DNA from: an uncultured Gammaproteobacteria bacterium
GTDB taxonomy: Bacteria > Patescibacteriota > Patescibacteriia > Magasanikbacterales > GWA2-37-8
Assembly (NCBI GenBank): GCA_964596525.1
Contig: CAZQUL010000001.1
Coordinates: 140,830 to 204,829, forward strand
Length of the DNA: 64,000 nucleotides
Direction: 5' to 3'
The notes beneath the pieces were generated by a model, which was given only the letters and a program-made list of their open reading frames with translations, did no database searches and had not been told where the DNA came from. Made by a program: the position numbers and the translations under genes. Of the stretch, positions 1 through 9,802 are shown one piece after another (position 1 is the stretch's first letter; the number at the start of each line of letters is the position of its first letter).

Positions 1-7
1 CTTCAGG

Positions 8-604
8 ATGAATGGCTATCGGATGATGGGATGGATGGCACTTTGGATCGTCATTGCGCTCGGCGCGGCGGCAACGATGCGCTGGATGAATTCGCCCCAA
101 TATGAACACTGGAAGGCCGAACGCAAGCTCCGACAAGAACGGGAAGAATGGGAAAACACGTGGACGTACAAAACTAGCGTGCTCTTGCGCGAGTTAAGTC
201 AGAAAGGGTGCGAACCGGAGCGCGACAGTTCTGACCAGATCTATAGAAGATACTGCGGGCCTCACGCTTCGTGGTTCGCGCTCAACTATCCTCAAGAACT
301 CCAGGAAGAGCTCTTGCGCGAGATGAATCACGAGCATATCGGGTTCGCCAAGCTCGGCATGACGATGAAAGACATCGAGACATTGGTCCAGGCAGCCAAG
401 ATCAAGATCTTGGGTCAGTACCTGGAAGAGCTCCGTTCACGTCGCGGCAACCTGATTCCGGCCGACCTCGAGAAGCTCGACTCCCTCTGCCGGCATGCAC
501 CTGAGCTCTACGCCGCCGCACTGCCTAACGGACCTGTCGCAGGCGAGCTGCAGGCTCTCGAGCGATCCGCTCGCGGACAGACCAAATTCTGCACCGAGGA
601 ATAA
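8..604 (+). CDS. hypothetical membrane-anchored protein
   Basis: 198-aa ORF with N-terminal hydrophobic helix (WMALWIVIALGAAA), followed by hairpin gcgccc-ccaa-gggcgc-tttt. Confidence 0.7.
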   Translation: MNGYRMMGWMALWIVIALGAAATMRWMNSPQYEHWKAERKLRQEREEWENTWTYKTSVLLRELSQKGCEPERDSSDQIYRRYCGPHASWFALNYPQELQEELLREMNHEHIGFAKLGMTMKDIETLVQAAKIKILGQYLEELRSRRGNLIPADLEKLDSLCRHAPELYAAALPNGPVAGELQALERSARGQTKFCTEE

Positions 605-658
605 GCAAAAACCTTACCGCGCCCCCAAGGGCGCTTTTGTGTATATCCTAAGAGAATA

Positions 659-687
659 TTGACTACCATCTCTGCTATAACTAAAAT
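659..687 (+). promoter_or_regulatory. sigma70-like promoter
   Basis: TTGACT-17nt-TAAAAT upstream of aaggag RBS and ATG 715. Confidence 0.6.
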
Positions 688-714
688 ATATTCTCCGAAA
701 GGAGAAAGTATATT

Positions 715-948
715 ATGCGCTCTACCAACAAAGCACCCAAGAAGGCACCCCTCTTTCCCCTGTTCTTTGTCATCATCGCAGCCTGCGGACCCAAGCCGAC
801 CATGCCCGAGTACATCAACCCATCCGCTTCGCCGGGATACAAGGTCGGCAGCCCACCGATTACCAATCCTCGACCGGGTACCGGGTGCGGAAAGGGCTAT
901 GCCGGAGAAGACGGCTACTGCCATGAGGTGTTCGAACGCACCCAGTAA
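715..948 (+). CDS. small putative lipoprotein
   Basis: RBS aaggag; signal peptide with IAAC lipobox; terminator ccctcgctc..gagcgaggg-tttt follows. Confidence 0.65.
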   Translation: MRSTNKAPKKAPLFPLFFVIIAACGPKPTMPEYINPSASPGYKVGSPPITNPRPGTGCGKGYAGEDGYCHEVFERTQ

Positions 949-1041
949 CCGCCCACGATCCGCCCTCGCTCTTGCCCAGAGCGAGGGTTTTAATATGGAC
1001 AACGTACGTATTCAGGTTATAATCAACGTACATTTTTCTCT

Positions 1042-1539
1042 ATGCAAGTCCCCCACCGTAAACCCGGTAAATTCACCCATCTCGTACCCGATCCGCTCAT
1101 TACGCAAGCGAAATTTGACGAACTTACTAAAAAGCTGGAGGGTCTTAAGGCCGCTCGCCCGTACGCTGCCGCCGAGGTAGCCCGGCTTGCCGAGCTCGGT
1201 GATTTTTCCGAAAACGTGGAATATCAACTCGCCAAAGGTAAATTGCGCGGTATCAACAACGGTATTGTGGCACTCGAAAAGCAGCTTATCAACGCGCGCA
1301 TTATTTCAGCAGCTGCCGACACAGAGACTGTGCACATCGGCCACACCGTTACTATCGAGAGCGAGGGAGTTCAAAAAACTTTCCAGATTCTCGGCTCTGT
1401 AGAAACCAAGCCCGGGCACGGAATAATCTCGCATAATTCACCACTGGGCGCCGCGCTCATAGGGCATGCAGTTGGAGATACTGTGACCATCGATCTGCCT
1501 ACCAAAAAAATTTCCTACACGATAGTACGCATCACATAA
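1042..1539 (+). CDS. greA: GreA/GreB transcription elongation factor
   Basis: GDFSENVEY motif and C-terminal ISHNSPLGAALIG. Confidence 0.92.
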   Translation: MQVPHRKPGKFTHLVPDPLITQAKFDELTKKLEGLKAARPYAAAEVARLAELGDFSENVEYQLAKGKLRGINNGIVALEKQLINARIISAAADTETVHIGHTVTIESEGVQKTFQILGSVETKPGHGIISHNSPLGAALIGHAVGDTVTIDLPTKKISYTIVRIT

Positions 1540-1595
1540 TCTTTCTACACAGGGACTCATCGAAAACGAAAAGCCTCCTCATTGCGAGAAGGCTA

Positions 1596-1982
1596 CTAGA
1601 ATGCCGGCTTGGACAATTGGAACTGGGTGTCGGCAAAGGCGCGACTAAGAATATCATCGCGCTCGAGAGCGGCAATGAGGTTCCGAATCAGGCCTTTGAC
1701 AATGACTGTCGGAGCGCCCGCCGGAAGATGCGCGCTAACACCTACCAAGTAGAGGTCTTTAAGCTTTTGGAAGGCCGGCCCGTAGAGCTCTCTCTTACGA
1801 CGCGCCTCCTCGGTGTGCGACACAGGAATTGACAAGGTCGAACTCTCCTCGTGTGATAACTGTTCGATTCCAACCAAAACCGCGAAAGCACGGATGGCCT
1901 GTTCGCCATGAAGTGCGCCGGTTATTTGTTGGCACAAAGCCTCATCCATTTTATAGCGAGCTTTTGGAGAAACAGTGACCAT
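1596..1982 (-). CDS. hypothetical protein
   Basis: ggagg RBS before ATG at 1982 (MVTVSPK); converges with greA at a shared hairpin. Confidence 0.6.
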   Translation of the reverse strand: MVTVSPKARYKMDEALCQQITGALHGEQAIRAFAVLVGIEQLSHEESSTLSIPVSHTEEARRKRELYGPAFQKLKDLYLVGVSAHLPAGAPTVIVKGLIRNLIAALERDDILSRAFADTQFQLSKPAF

Positions 1983-2156
1983 GAAGGAACCTCCGTCTCG
2001 AGTTTGGGCAGGCAAAATGCCTGTCGTTTTTGAAAACAGAACAAACCTACCATGGAAGAGCTGGATCGTCAAACTGTTTTTTTATTCTAACCATTGACAA
2101 AAAAATAAAGAACGGCTCATAATCAAGCGCACCACATCCCCAACCGGAGGTCTTTC

Positions 2157-2609
2157 ATGCACGCATATCGCACCATCTACGGCTATCTCGCCCTTGTATT
2201 CATGCTTGCCGGATGCCAGCACAACATTCGTACCCCGGAGCTGGTTTTTCCACCAGAGAATACCTCGTCGGGCCGAGTGCGCCTCTTTGCACCGGAGCAC
2301 GGCGGAGGAACGGTGTGGTGCATGCAGGTAAGCTGCCCTCTCGATACGCCGCTCGCCAATCTCCGTGATCTCCAACAGGGATCTGATGCATCCGTCCACG
2401 GCACAGCGCTCGAAATCGAATGCGGCCCCCATCGTATCGGCAAGCTCATCATGCCGCCCGAAACGTTCTTTCTGTACCGCGATATCCCCGCACTGCCAGG
2501 CCAAAAAATTCAGCTCATGAATGATTACGCTGTATATAACGCCTGCTTTACAGGCCCGGTTACCATCGAGTCATACCGGCACTGGAGAGTGCAGGAGACG
2601 ACTCGATGA
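2157..2609 (+). CDS. putative lipoprotein
   Basis: TTGACA..CATAAT promoter, ggagg RBS, LAGC lipobox. Confidence 0.7.
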   Translation: MHAYRTIYGYLALVFMLAGCQHNIRTPELVFPPENTSSGRVRLFAPEHGGGTVWCMQVSCPLDTPLANLRDLQQGSDASVHGTALEIECGPHRIGKLIMPPETFFLYRDIPALPGQKIQLMNDYAVYNACFTGPVTIESYRHWRVQETTR

Positions 2610-2866
2610 ACGGCACGCTCATTACTTGGCCAGACAACCCTCTCCGGCAACTACTGCTATTTAGCATAGATGGAACAGCCGTTTCCGTAGAAGTGGTGCG
2701 TTCGGAGTCGGAAGCAGAGATATGGACGTGGGAACGGACAGATCGTTTCCAGGAAGATTCAGGTAAGCCGATCATGATCCTCTACGGAGGAACACTCGAA
2801 ATTCCGTATGCGGTACTGCGACAAATTCGCACGGAACCGTCGGGCACGATCGGCTACACACCCTAG
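2606..2866 (+). CDS. hypothetical protein
   Basis: ATGA overlap with upstream gene; aggag RBS. Confidence 0.55.
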   Translation: MNGTLITWPDNPLRQLLLFSIDGTAVSVEVVRSESEAEIWTWERTDRFQEDSGKPIMILYGGTLEIPYAVLRQIRTEPSGTIGYTP

Positions 2867-2879
2867 GGCAATTGCAAAC

Positions 2880-2909
2880 AAACGACTCGGCTCTAACCGA
2901 GTCGTTTTT
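2880..2909. terminator. bidirectional intrinsic terminator
   Basis: aaacgactcgg-ctctaa-ccgagtcgttttt between convergent genes. Confidence 0.8.
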
Positions 2910-2933
2910 CAATTATTCCGTTTTGAAACGGAT

Positions 2934-4559
2934 TTACTTATTGAGCGCCGCGCGCGTACCCGGCCCAACAGTACCAAGCGGTTCAAGACCGTTCGCGATT
3001 TGGAATTTTTTAACTGCCGCAAGCGTTGCCGCACCGAAGAATCCCGTAGCTTCATCGGTCATAAACCCTTCGTCCTTAAGGCGTTTTTGGAGTTCCACTA
3101 CGTCGGTTCCTTTGGCGCCCGGAGCAATGGCTTTGGTGAAAACATATTTCGATACAGCAACCACGTTCGGCGGGACCGGGGCCGAAACAGGAATGACCGG
3201 TGCCGGGGATACCTGCGCCCCAACCGCAAGACATGATGCACCGCCGCACACGTTAACACTCGCCTCCCCTACTGCCACAGCACGCAGTTTGAGGACATTA
3301 CCGGATAGTTCGGTGGCAAAAGGCGAGCCGGGATTGCCGGAAAGCGTGTAGACGCCCGTGCCGCCCGAGAGAGCCAGCTTCAGTTCTTGGCCGACCGTAA
3401 GGAGATAGCGCGCGCTGAGCACTGAAACGGACGTTGGCGATTGCGAGAATGAAGCGGCATTAACGACAACCGACAAGAGCGTACAATTTCCACCCGACTG
3501 ACACACGGTGATCGTGGTAGAACCAGGACTAGCAGCAGTTACAACGAGCGTCGTACCGCTGATGACCGCAGAAGCAACCGTGGAATTGGAGTTCTGCGCC
3601 ACGGCATAGCCGCCGAGGCCCGTGAGTGTAACATTAGAAGATTGTCCGGCATTAAGCGTGAGTGATGTAGGGTTAAGCGTAAGCGTAGCTGACGAGCCAG
3701 ATGCCACAGTAACGCCGAGCGTACCACAACCACCGTTTGCCGCGCAGACTGTGAGGGTGGCTGAACCCGGAGAATTACCGTAGAGCGTGAGCGTAGAACC
3801 AACAATATTAGCTTGCACCACGTTATTGTTGGAATTGGAAAGTGTGTACGAACCAGATCCGCCGCTTACCGTAACGGCGACAACCTGCCCGGGCATGAGT
3901 GTTGGGTTGCTTTGACTAAACGCTACCGCACCCGAAGAAAAGCCGGCGGATGTTACTGTTACCACCGCGGTCGTGCAATTAGAAGCATTGGCAGCCGAAC
4001 AAATCTGGAGCGTAGTACCGCCAGCAGCTAAACCGTAAATAGTGAATTGATTATTATTCAAAGAAACCGAAGCAACTGACGGACTCGTATTACTCGCGAG
4101 ATAGAGTGAATTGCCCGTAGTGTTATTGACGGTGACAACAGCAGTTTGACCAGCGCCGACCGTGATGCTGCTTTGGCTCAAGGAAATGGTGCCACTCCCC
4201 GATGTGAGCGCACCGTACGGCCACGCGAGCGAATCGGAACGCTGACCATTGACCGAAACATTAAAGAGGCTTCCCGGTGCAATGCTATACGCAGCCGTGG
4301 AAATGGTCATGGTAAACGATCCGGATGAGTTGGTAGCGCCAAGCGAGGTCATTTTAACCGTTGCAGCATTGTCGAGATAATTGAGAATAACGCTACCACC
4401 CGCATCACCGGTAATGTTAAGCTGCACGCTGTCACCCCCGGTAAGCGTAGCGGAGAGCGTCGGTGGTGCGGCGAAAGCTGGGAGTGCGAATGCCGCGTAC
4501 GCAACAGCCGCCACAGCCGCCGCGCTGTTCAAAAATTTTTTAGAAAGAGCACGGGACAT
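2934..4559 (-). CDS. secreted Ser/Thr-rich protein with tandem Ig-like repeats and C-terminal peptidoglycan-binding domain
   Basis: Signal peptide; 4 repeats of 'SxxxxTLxxGQ...G..T..C....C'; C-terminal GTDVVELQKRL..GFFGAATLAAVKKFQ..GTVGPGTRAAL. Confidence 0.85.
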   Translation of the reverse strand: MSRALSKKFLNSAAAVAAVAYAAFALPAFAAPPTLSATLTGGDSVQLNITGDAGGSVILNYLDNAATVKMTSLGATNSSGSFTMTISTAAYSIAPGSLFNVSVNGQRSDSLAWPYGALTSGSGTISLSQSSITVGAGQTAVVTVNNTTGNSLYLASNTSPSVASVSLNNNQFTIYGLAAGGTTLQICSAANASNCTTAVVTVTSAGFSSGAVAFSQSNPTLMPGQVVAVTVSGGSGSYTLSNSNNNVVQANIVGSTLTLYGNSPGSATLTVCAANGGCGTLGVTVASGSSATLTLNPTSLTLNAGQSSNVTLTGLGGYAVAQNSNSTVASAVISGTTLVVTAASPGSTTITVCQSGGNCTLLSVVVNAASFSQSPTSVSVLSARYLLTVGQELKLALSGGTGVYTLSGNPGSPFATELSGNVLKLRAVAVGEASVNVCGGASCLAVGAQVSPAPVIPVSAPVPPNVVAVSKYVFTKAIAPGAKGTDVVELQKRLKDEGFMTDEATGFFGAATLAAVKKFQIANGLEPLGTVGPGTRAALNK

Positions 4560-4660
4560 ATATAAAGGATTAGTAATTTTGTAATTATACCATTCTTCTC
4601 CAACAAAAAAAGCCGAAGCGGAAACAGGTCGCGCTTCGGCCTACAGCAATGAACACTCAG

Positions 4661-5809
4661 CTACGGAACGATGATGTGGGGCGCGAAGCGGCAGGCTACG
4701 TCGGTAATGTAACCAGTAGCGTCACGGATGCCGATGCCCGCCGGCTTATCTCCAACGACCCAGCTGCCGATGACCGCGCGACAACCATCACGCTCCGGGG
4801 TAGACACGAAATCCTGGTAAACGTACCCGGAATCGGTGTAGGGGCCGCCAGTTGATTGGATAACACCACCGCTAGCTATTACCGTAACGTTCGCCCCTTC
4901 GCGCGAAAGAACCGGCTTGCGGACGTACGCGGCAAGATGCCGCGGCTGCCCCGCGTATGCAGCGACGAGGTTGGGGTGATCCGGGAAGAGTTCCCAGAGA
5001 ATCGGCAGCATGCCTTTGGACGACATGAGCATCTTCCAGGGTGGTTCAAGCCAGCACATAGCATCAAGGCTCGATTCAAGATGGGCACCGCGCGCTTCGC
5101 GCGTGAGCCACTCCCACGGGTACAGCTTGAACACGTTAGCAAGCGGACGATTCGCCGTATCAACGAATGAACGCAGGCGTTCGCTGTAGCGGATGCAACC
5201 GATATCGATCGACGACACTTCAAGGCCCGAACCGGACGCAAGCGCCGCGCTCATAAGATAAGCGGCCGTTACCACCGCTTCGGGATGCGGAAGCCGCGCG
5301 AAATACACCGGACCCGGCCGCAAGGATTTTCTGAGTTCCCGCCAGGTAGCGACCAAGTGCTCATGGAGCGTATTGAACTGGTCGAATTGACCTCCGTAAT
5401 ACTCCTCTTGCCAATCCCATTGTGTTACCGCGGCCTCAAAGAGCGCAGTTGGTGTATCGGCGTTGTATTCGAGGAGCTTAGGCGGATTCACACCGTCATA
5501 GGCCAAATCGAACCGACCGTACAGCGAGGGTGACCGTTCGTTCCAAGAGCGCTCAACGAGCGGAATGGCAGCCGGCACGATGCCGAGTTCCGCGAACCGC
5601 CGCTTCTCGATCACGTATTCGGCCGCGCGGTGATACAGACGGTTGAGTTCGGCGGTTGCCGCTTCGATCTGGGCAATCTCGGTCTCGTGGAAGCGGTAAC
5701 AAACACTCTCGTCCCAGTAAGGAACTCCACCGGAGGTGTGGTATATGAGTCCGCGAGCTTCTACTTTGCGCTGCCAGTCGTTTCGGGGAGCGCAACGAGT
5801 CCTCTCCAT
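4661..5809 (-). CDS. glutathionylspermidine synthase-like ATP-grasp ligase (YgiC/YjfC family)
   Basis: YWDES, SLYGRFDL, KLLEYNADTPT, FKLYPWEW, KPVLSREGANV, VIGSW motifs. Confidence 0.93.
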   Translation of the reverse strand: MERTRCAPRNDWQRKVEARGLIYHTSGGVPYWDESVCYRFHETEIAQIEAATAELNRLYHRAAEYVIEKRRFAELGIVPAAIPLVERSWNERSPSLYGRFDLAYDGVNPPKLLEYNADTPTALFEAAVTQWDWQEEYYGGQFDQFNTLHEHLVATWRELRKSLRPGPVYFARLPHPEAVVTAAYLMSAALASGSGLEVSSIDIGCIRYSERLRSFVDTANRPLANVFKLYPWEWLTREARGAHLESSLDAMCWLEPPWKMLMSSKGMLPILWELFPDHPNLVAAYAGQPRHLAAYVRKPVLSREGANVTVIASGGVIQSTGGPYTDSGYVYQDFVSTPERDGCRAVIGSWVVGDKPAGIGIRDATGYITDVACRFAPHIIVP

Positions 5810-5812
5810 GGC

Positions 5813-6169
5813 TTAGGTTCCTCCTGAGCCGCCGAAGCCGCGGCCGTTGGAGCCGAGACGGGCATTGCGCGGCAGGTAGCCGGTATGCGGCACAACCGTG
5901 GCGTGCTCACTCGGTTCAAGACTGCCACCGGAAATTTTACTGCCAACCGGATGATATGTCGGGTGATACACGTAGTGGCCCTGAGAGCCACCACCGTCTT
6001 GCGCACTCAAAAACCCATCACGCTTATTGGGAGCCGCACAGCTCTGCTCCTCCACAACAACACCATCACCGTTCACGCAGTGTTCGATCTCTTCGTAATC
6101 GTCGCAGCCGCTTGCAGCAGCGAGCACAAGAGCAAAACCAGCCGGAATCAACGATGTTTTACGGCGCAT
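5813..6169 (-). CDS. YgiB/DUF1190-like lipoprotein partner of the YgiC-type ligase
   Basis: ASGC lipobox; C-terminal RGFGGS; directly upstream of the ligase; promoter TTGACA-17-TATGAT at ~6250-6278 (minus). Confidence 0.7.
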   Translation of the reverse strand: MRRKTSLIPAGFALVLAAASGCDDYEEIEHCVNGDGVVVEEQSCAAPNKRDGFLSAQDGGGSQGHYVYHPTYHPVGSKISGGSLEPSEHATVVPHTGYLPRNARLGSNGRGFGGSGGT

Positions 6170-6337
6170 ATCCTTCTTCTCCACAGGGCAACCTATGCCC
6201 CTCAAATAACCCAGAAACGCTTCTTGAGAGGCACAGGGAAAGATACCAAATCATATGAAATTTACGGATTTTTGTCAATGATACGCCCTTAACAAAACCA
6301 CCCCGCGTAGATGCGAGGTGGTGATGCAATTTGGCAA

Positions 6338-8341
6338 TCAAAAGGTGTTTTCGTTGATGAAGCGGCGTGTGTTTTCGAGGAAGAGACCGGTGCCGCGCGC
6401 GAGACCGAGCGGGGCAAGAATTTTTTCAGGGTAGCGTTCTTGCAAGAGGAGCACGGCGCGATAGGTACCGTCGCCGAAATAGGTGGTTTCTTGTCCCGGA
6501 GAGCCAGGGCCTTCAGTGGCGACGAGAAAACCGCGGGTGTTGAGGAATTTTTGTAACTCGCGCACGTCGGTACCGCGCATGCCGAAACGCAGGTTGCGGG
6601 TAAAGATGTAGGCACTACGCATGCCGGTCGTTGGCGTGGAGGCCGGGAAGATTGGCTCGAGAGGAGCTGAGGCCGGAAAGGAAACCACTGGCGAAGGAAT
6701 GGGAGCGCTCTGCGACGGGGCCGGGGTTGGCTGGGGCGGCGTACCACCAGACGGAGAGGGAGCAGGCGTTCCCCCGCCAGCAGCTACACCGACCACGGCT
6801 GCCGAACGAACCGTGACGCTGCGGCTGACCGACGGACTCGCCGCATTGCCGGCCGGATCGGTCACGTTATAAACCACAGTGTAGGTACCATTAATTGCGG
6901 CATTTACGGTACCGGACGTAGTGACGCGCCCGGCGATATTGCCACTCGCCGCATCGAGGGCCGAAACGCCGGGATCGATGAACGTTTCACCATTGGTAAT
7001 CGTCATTTCGGCATCTCCAAGAAGAGTGAGAGCGGGAGCAACGTTGTCAATGAGGATAGCGGACGATGTGGCGAAGGCGGAGGTGTTGCCAGCCGAGTCA
7101 CGGATACGGACACGGAAGTACCAGGTGCCATCGGGAAGGGACGAGGTAACAGTAAGACTCGTAAGCCCGGTGGACGAACTGAACACCGTACCCGCGAAAA
7201 CGCTCGACGTGCTCCACTGGACCAGGTATGGCATGAGCGGAAATTCGCCGCCATCAGGGGTTACAGACCAAGTAACGGTCGGAGTCGTGTTCGTGGTCGG
7301 CGAGGTAGAAGTGGGAACTCCGGGCATGGTCGGCGGCGTAATATCGAAATATTGCAGAAGCGGATACGTGCCCGTAGTAAAGGACCAGATGCTGGCGAAA
7401 TCCCATCCCGCGTAGGTAGCCTGAGTTTGCATAGCAAGCGTGGTGGTACCCGTACCGCCTTTGGAACTGGCCTGTCCAGACCTGGTGACATCCCAATAAC
7501 TGTCGGTGACGATGGCGCCGGTCGTGGTAACACCCACCAAACCGCCAACCACCGCACTCGGCGTGGAAACCGACCCTTTGGAATAACTTTTGTCGACTAC
7601 GGCAGGAGACGTAAGGCTACCCACCAAGCCGCCGACGTTGTCGCCCGTAGCAGTAACGTTGACATGGGAAAAAGAATTACTGATTGTGCCGCTCGTGCTC
7701 AAACCAACCAAGCCGCCGAGCGTAGACTCACTACCGTTCTTGACTATGGAAATAGTACCGGTGGAAAAACTACGACTAATAGTGCTACTACCATGCATCG
7801 CACCGATCAAGCCGCCAACTATCGAATAACCGCTGCTTATGGTTACGTTGGAAGTGACACCCGTCACGGTTGAACTGGTAAGCTGGCCGACCACGCCGCC
7901 CATAATACTGATAAGTGCGCCCGATGATACGAGACCCTGAATGTTAACGTTGGTAATGGTACTATTATTAACGACCGCAGCTAAAATACCCACTTGGAAG
8001 TTGCCGTAAACCTGGGCGTTGGTCATTTTGAGGTTACGAATAGTGGCGCCATCGACGGTACCGAACAAACCGCGGCCGTTGATACCGGTGAAGATGCTGA
8101 AGTTATTGATCGTGAAACCGTCACCATCGAAGACGCCGCCGAAATTGCTGATGGGAGTAAACGATGAGCTGTTCGAACACGTAATATCGTTGATGAGCTG
8201 ATAGGTAGACGTGGTATCGGCCGGAATCGCTTGCAATTGTGCGCACGTACTAATAGTTGTCGTAGTAGCCTGCGCACTAGTGGGAAGTAAAAAAAATCCT
8301 ACAGCAAGCACTGCAACAAGAGACACTAAAAATAATTTCAT
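6338..8341 (-). CDS. secreted GLUG-repeat protein with DUF5011 Ig-like and peptidoglycan-binding domains
   Basis: Repeated VGGLVG motifs; FIDPGVSALDA..GTYTVVYNVTDPAGN; C-terminal GTDVRELQKFLN..ETTYFG. Confidence 0.85.
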   Translation of the reverse strand: MKLFLVSLVAVLAVGFFLLPTSAQATTTTISTCAQLQAIPADTTSTYQLINDITCSNSSSFTPISNFGGVFDGDGFTINNFSIFTGINGRGLFGTVDGATIRNLKMTNAQVYGNFQVGILAAVVNNSTITNVNIQGLVSSGALISIMGGVVGQLTSSTVTGVTSNVTISSGYSIVGGLIGAMHGSSTISRSFSTGTISIVKNGSESTLGGLVGLSTSGTISNSFSHVNVTATGDNVGGLVGSLTSPAVVDKSYSKGSVSTPSAVVGGLVGVTTTGAIVTDSYWDVTRSGQASSKGGTGTTTLAMQTQATYAGWDFASIWSFTTGTYPLLQYFDITPPTMPGVPTSTSPTTNTTPTVTWSVTPDGGEFPLMPYLVQWSTSSVFAGTVFSSSTGLTSLTVTSSLPDGTWYFRVRIRDSAGNTSAFATSSAILIDNVAPALTLLGDAEMTITNGETFIDPGVSALDAASGNIAGRVTTSGTVNAAINGTYTVVYNVTDPAGNAASPSVSRSVTVRSAAVVGVAAGGGTPAPSPSGGTPPQPTPAPSQSAPIPSPVVSFPASAPLEPIFPASTPTTGMRSAYIFTRNLRFGMRGTDVRELQKFLNTRGFLVATEGPGSPGQETTYFGDGTYRAVLLLQERYPEKILAPLGLARGTGLFLENTRRFINENTF

Positions 8342-8528
8342 ACCCTCCTTGGAGTTAAATGCAATGATTATAGTATAGCACGCCGACTAGAAATTTATAA
8401 CACGCATCGATTACTATACGAATCTTTTGCAGTTACTGCGCACCGCCCATTTGAAAGTTATTATTTAAAATTAAAAATCTGGATACTAGAGGTGTGGTAT
8501 TTTTTAATTCCCATTGTAATTATCACGT

Positions 8529-9203
8529 TTACTTATTGCGATCCTTCACCACCACACCATCTTTAAGTTCAACGATGCGTTTCGCGAGCTCCGCGTATTC
8601 CATTTCGTGCGTGACCATAATGATGGTCTGACCTTCTTTGTGTAGATCGAGGAACGCTTCCATGACGAGCTTGGAACTTGCCGAGTCGAGGTTTGCAGTC
8701 GGTTCATCGGCGAAGAGTACATGCGGGTCATGAGCGACCGCGCGAGCAATGGAAACACGCTGCTGTTGCCCGCCGGAGAGCTGGCTCGGCAAGTTGTTTT
8801 TGCGATCGGCAAGACCGACGCGGGTAAGCGCAATGATTGCTTTCGCTTCGGCTTCTTTTTTTGAGGCGCCTTGCATAAGGATCGGAAGGGAAACGTTTTC
8901 GAGCGCACTGAGTTCGGGTAAAAGGGCATAATCTTGGAAGACGAAGCCCATTTTTTGGAGACGGAGCGCGGTTTTGCGCGCTTCACTTAGACTCGAGGTG
9001 GCGAGATTGTCAAAATAAATTTCACCGCTCGAAGGAGTATCGAGAAGCGAGAGTTGATACAGAAGCGTGGATTTTCCGGCGCCGGACGGGCCGATAATCG
9101 AAGCGAATTCGCCGGTTTTGAATTCGAGATCGATGGATTTAAGAACCGTGAGTTCGGCATCGCCAGAGATGTATTTTTTGACGAGTTTTTGGGAGGAGAT
9201 CAT
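8529..9203 (-). CDS. ABC transporter ATP-binding protein (LolD/MacB type)
   Basis: GPSGAGKST, LSGGQQQRV, FADEPTANLD, VTHE. Confidence 0.95.
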   Translation of the reverse strand: MISSQKLVKKYISGDAELTVLKSIDLEFKTGEFASIIGPSGAGKSTLLYQLSLLDTPSSGEIYFDNLATSSLSEARKTALRLQKMGFVFQDYALLPELSALENVSLPILMQGASKKEAEAKAIIALTRVGLADRKNNLPSQLSGGQQQRVSIARAVAHDPHVLFADEPTANLDSASSKLVMEAFLDLHKEGQTIIMVTHEMEYAELAKRIVELKDGVVVKDRNK

Positions 9204-9207
9204 AGGA

Positions 9208-9236
9208 TTGACAAAAAAACAAAAGCTCATTATAAT
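9208..9236 (+). promoter_or_regulatory. perfect consensus sigma70 promoter
   Basis: TTGACA(9208-13)-17nt-TATAAT(9231-36). Confidence 0.8.
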
Positions 9237-9298
9237 TAAACGTTTCCTGCCACGGATAGCCAAGCAAACAAACAGCACACAAGCATAAGGAGATCCTC

Positions 9299-9577
9299 AT
9301 GGACGGTTACTACGGTTCGGCTATTACACGGATATTTTCAGGATTCTGCAAGCCGTTTGACCTCAAAGAGCGATGGAATGAAAAGGAGATCGAGTTCAAA
9401 ATCGAAATTCCGCCGGAAGGAGATCTGTTGATCTACAACGAGAATCTCAACAGACTCCAGACAGCTACCAAATCGCCTTTCTGCCCCCGCATCTTGTGCA
9501 GTCGGGACAAAGACCATGTTCGCATCTTGGTGACAGAAGTCTTCTTCCCAAAGGCAGAGATCGATTTACACACTTAG
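9299..9577 (+). CDS. hypothetical protein
   Basis: taaggag RBS downstream of a consensus promoter. Confidence 0.6.
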   Translation: MDGYYGSAITRIFSGFCKPFDLKERWNEKEIEFKIEIPPEGDLLIYNENLNRLQTATKSPFCPRILCSRDKDHVRILVTEVFFPKAEIDLHT

Positions 9578-9802
9578 TGACCATACCCCATCAAACAGTG
9601 TCGGCAGAGACCTGAACCAGGCGCTCACCGACTCTACTACTGAATTGTTCGGTAGTAAAGTCGGCGCCTGGTTTTTGGTTTGTAAAAACCAAACTGAACT
9701 AGGGACTATTTTCCTTAATACATTGACAAAAAGCATCGTGAGGGGTAGTATCTGAACGCCCCAAAAGAGCAGCCTTTCCAACTTTACACACGGGAGAGAG
9801 CG

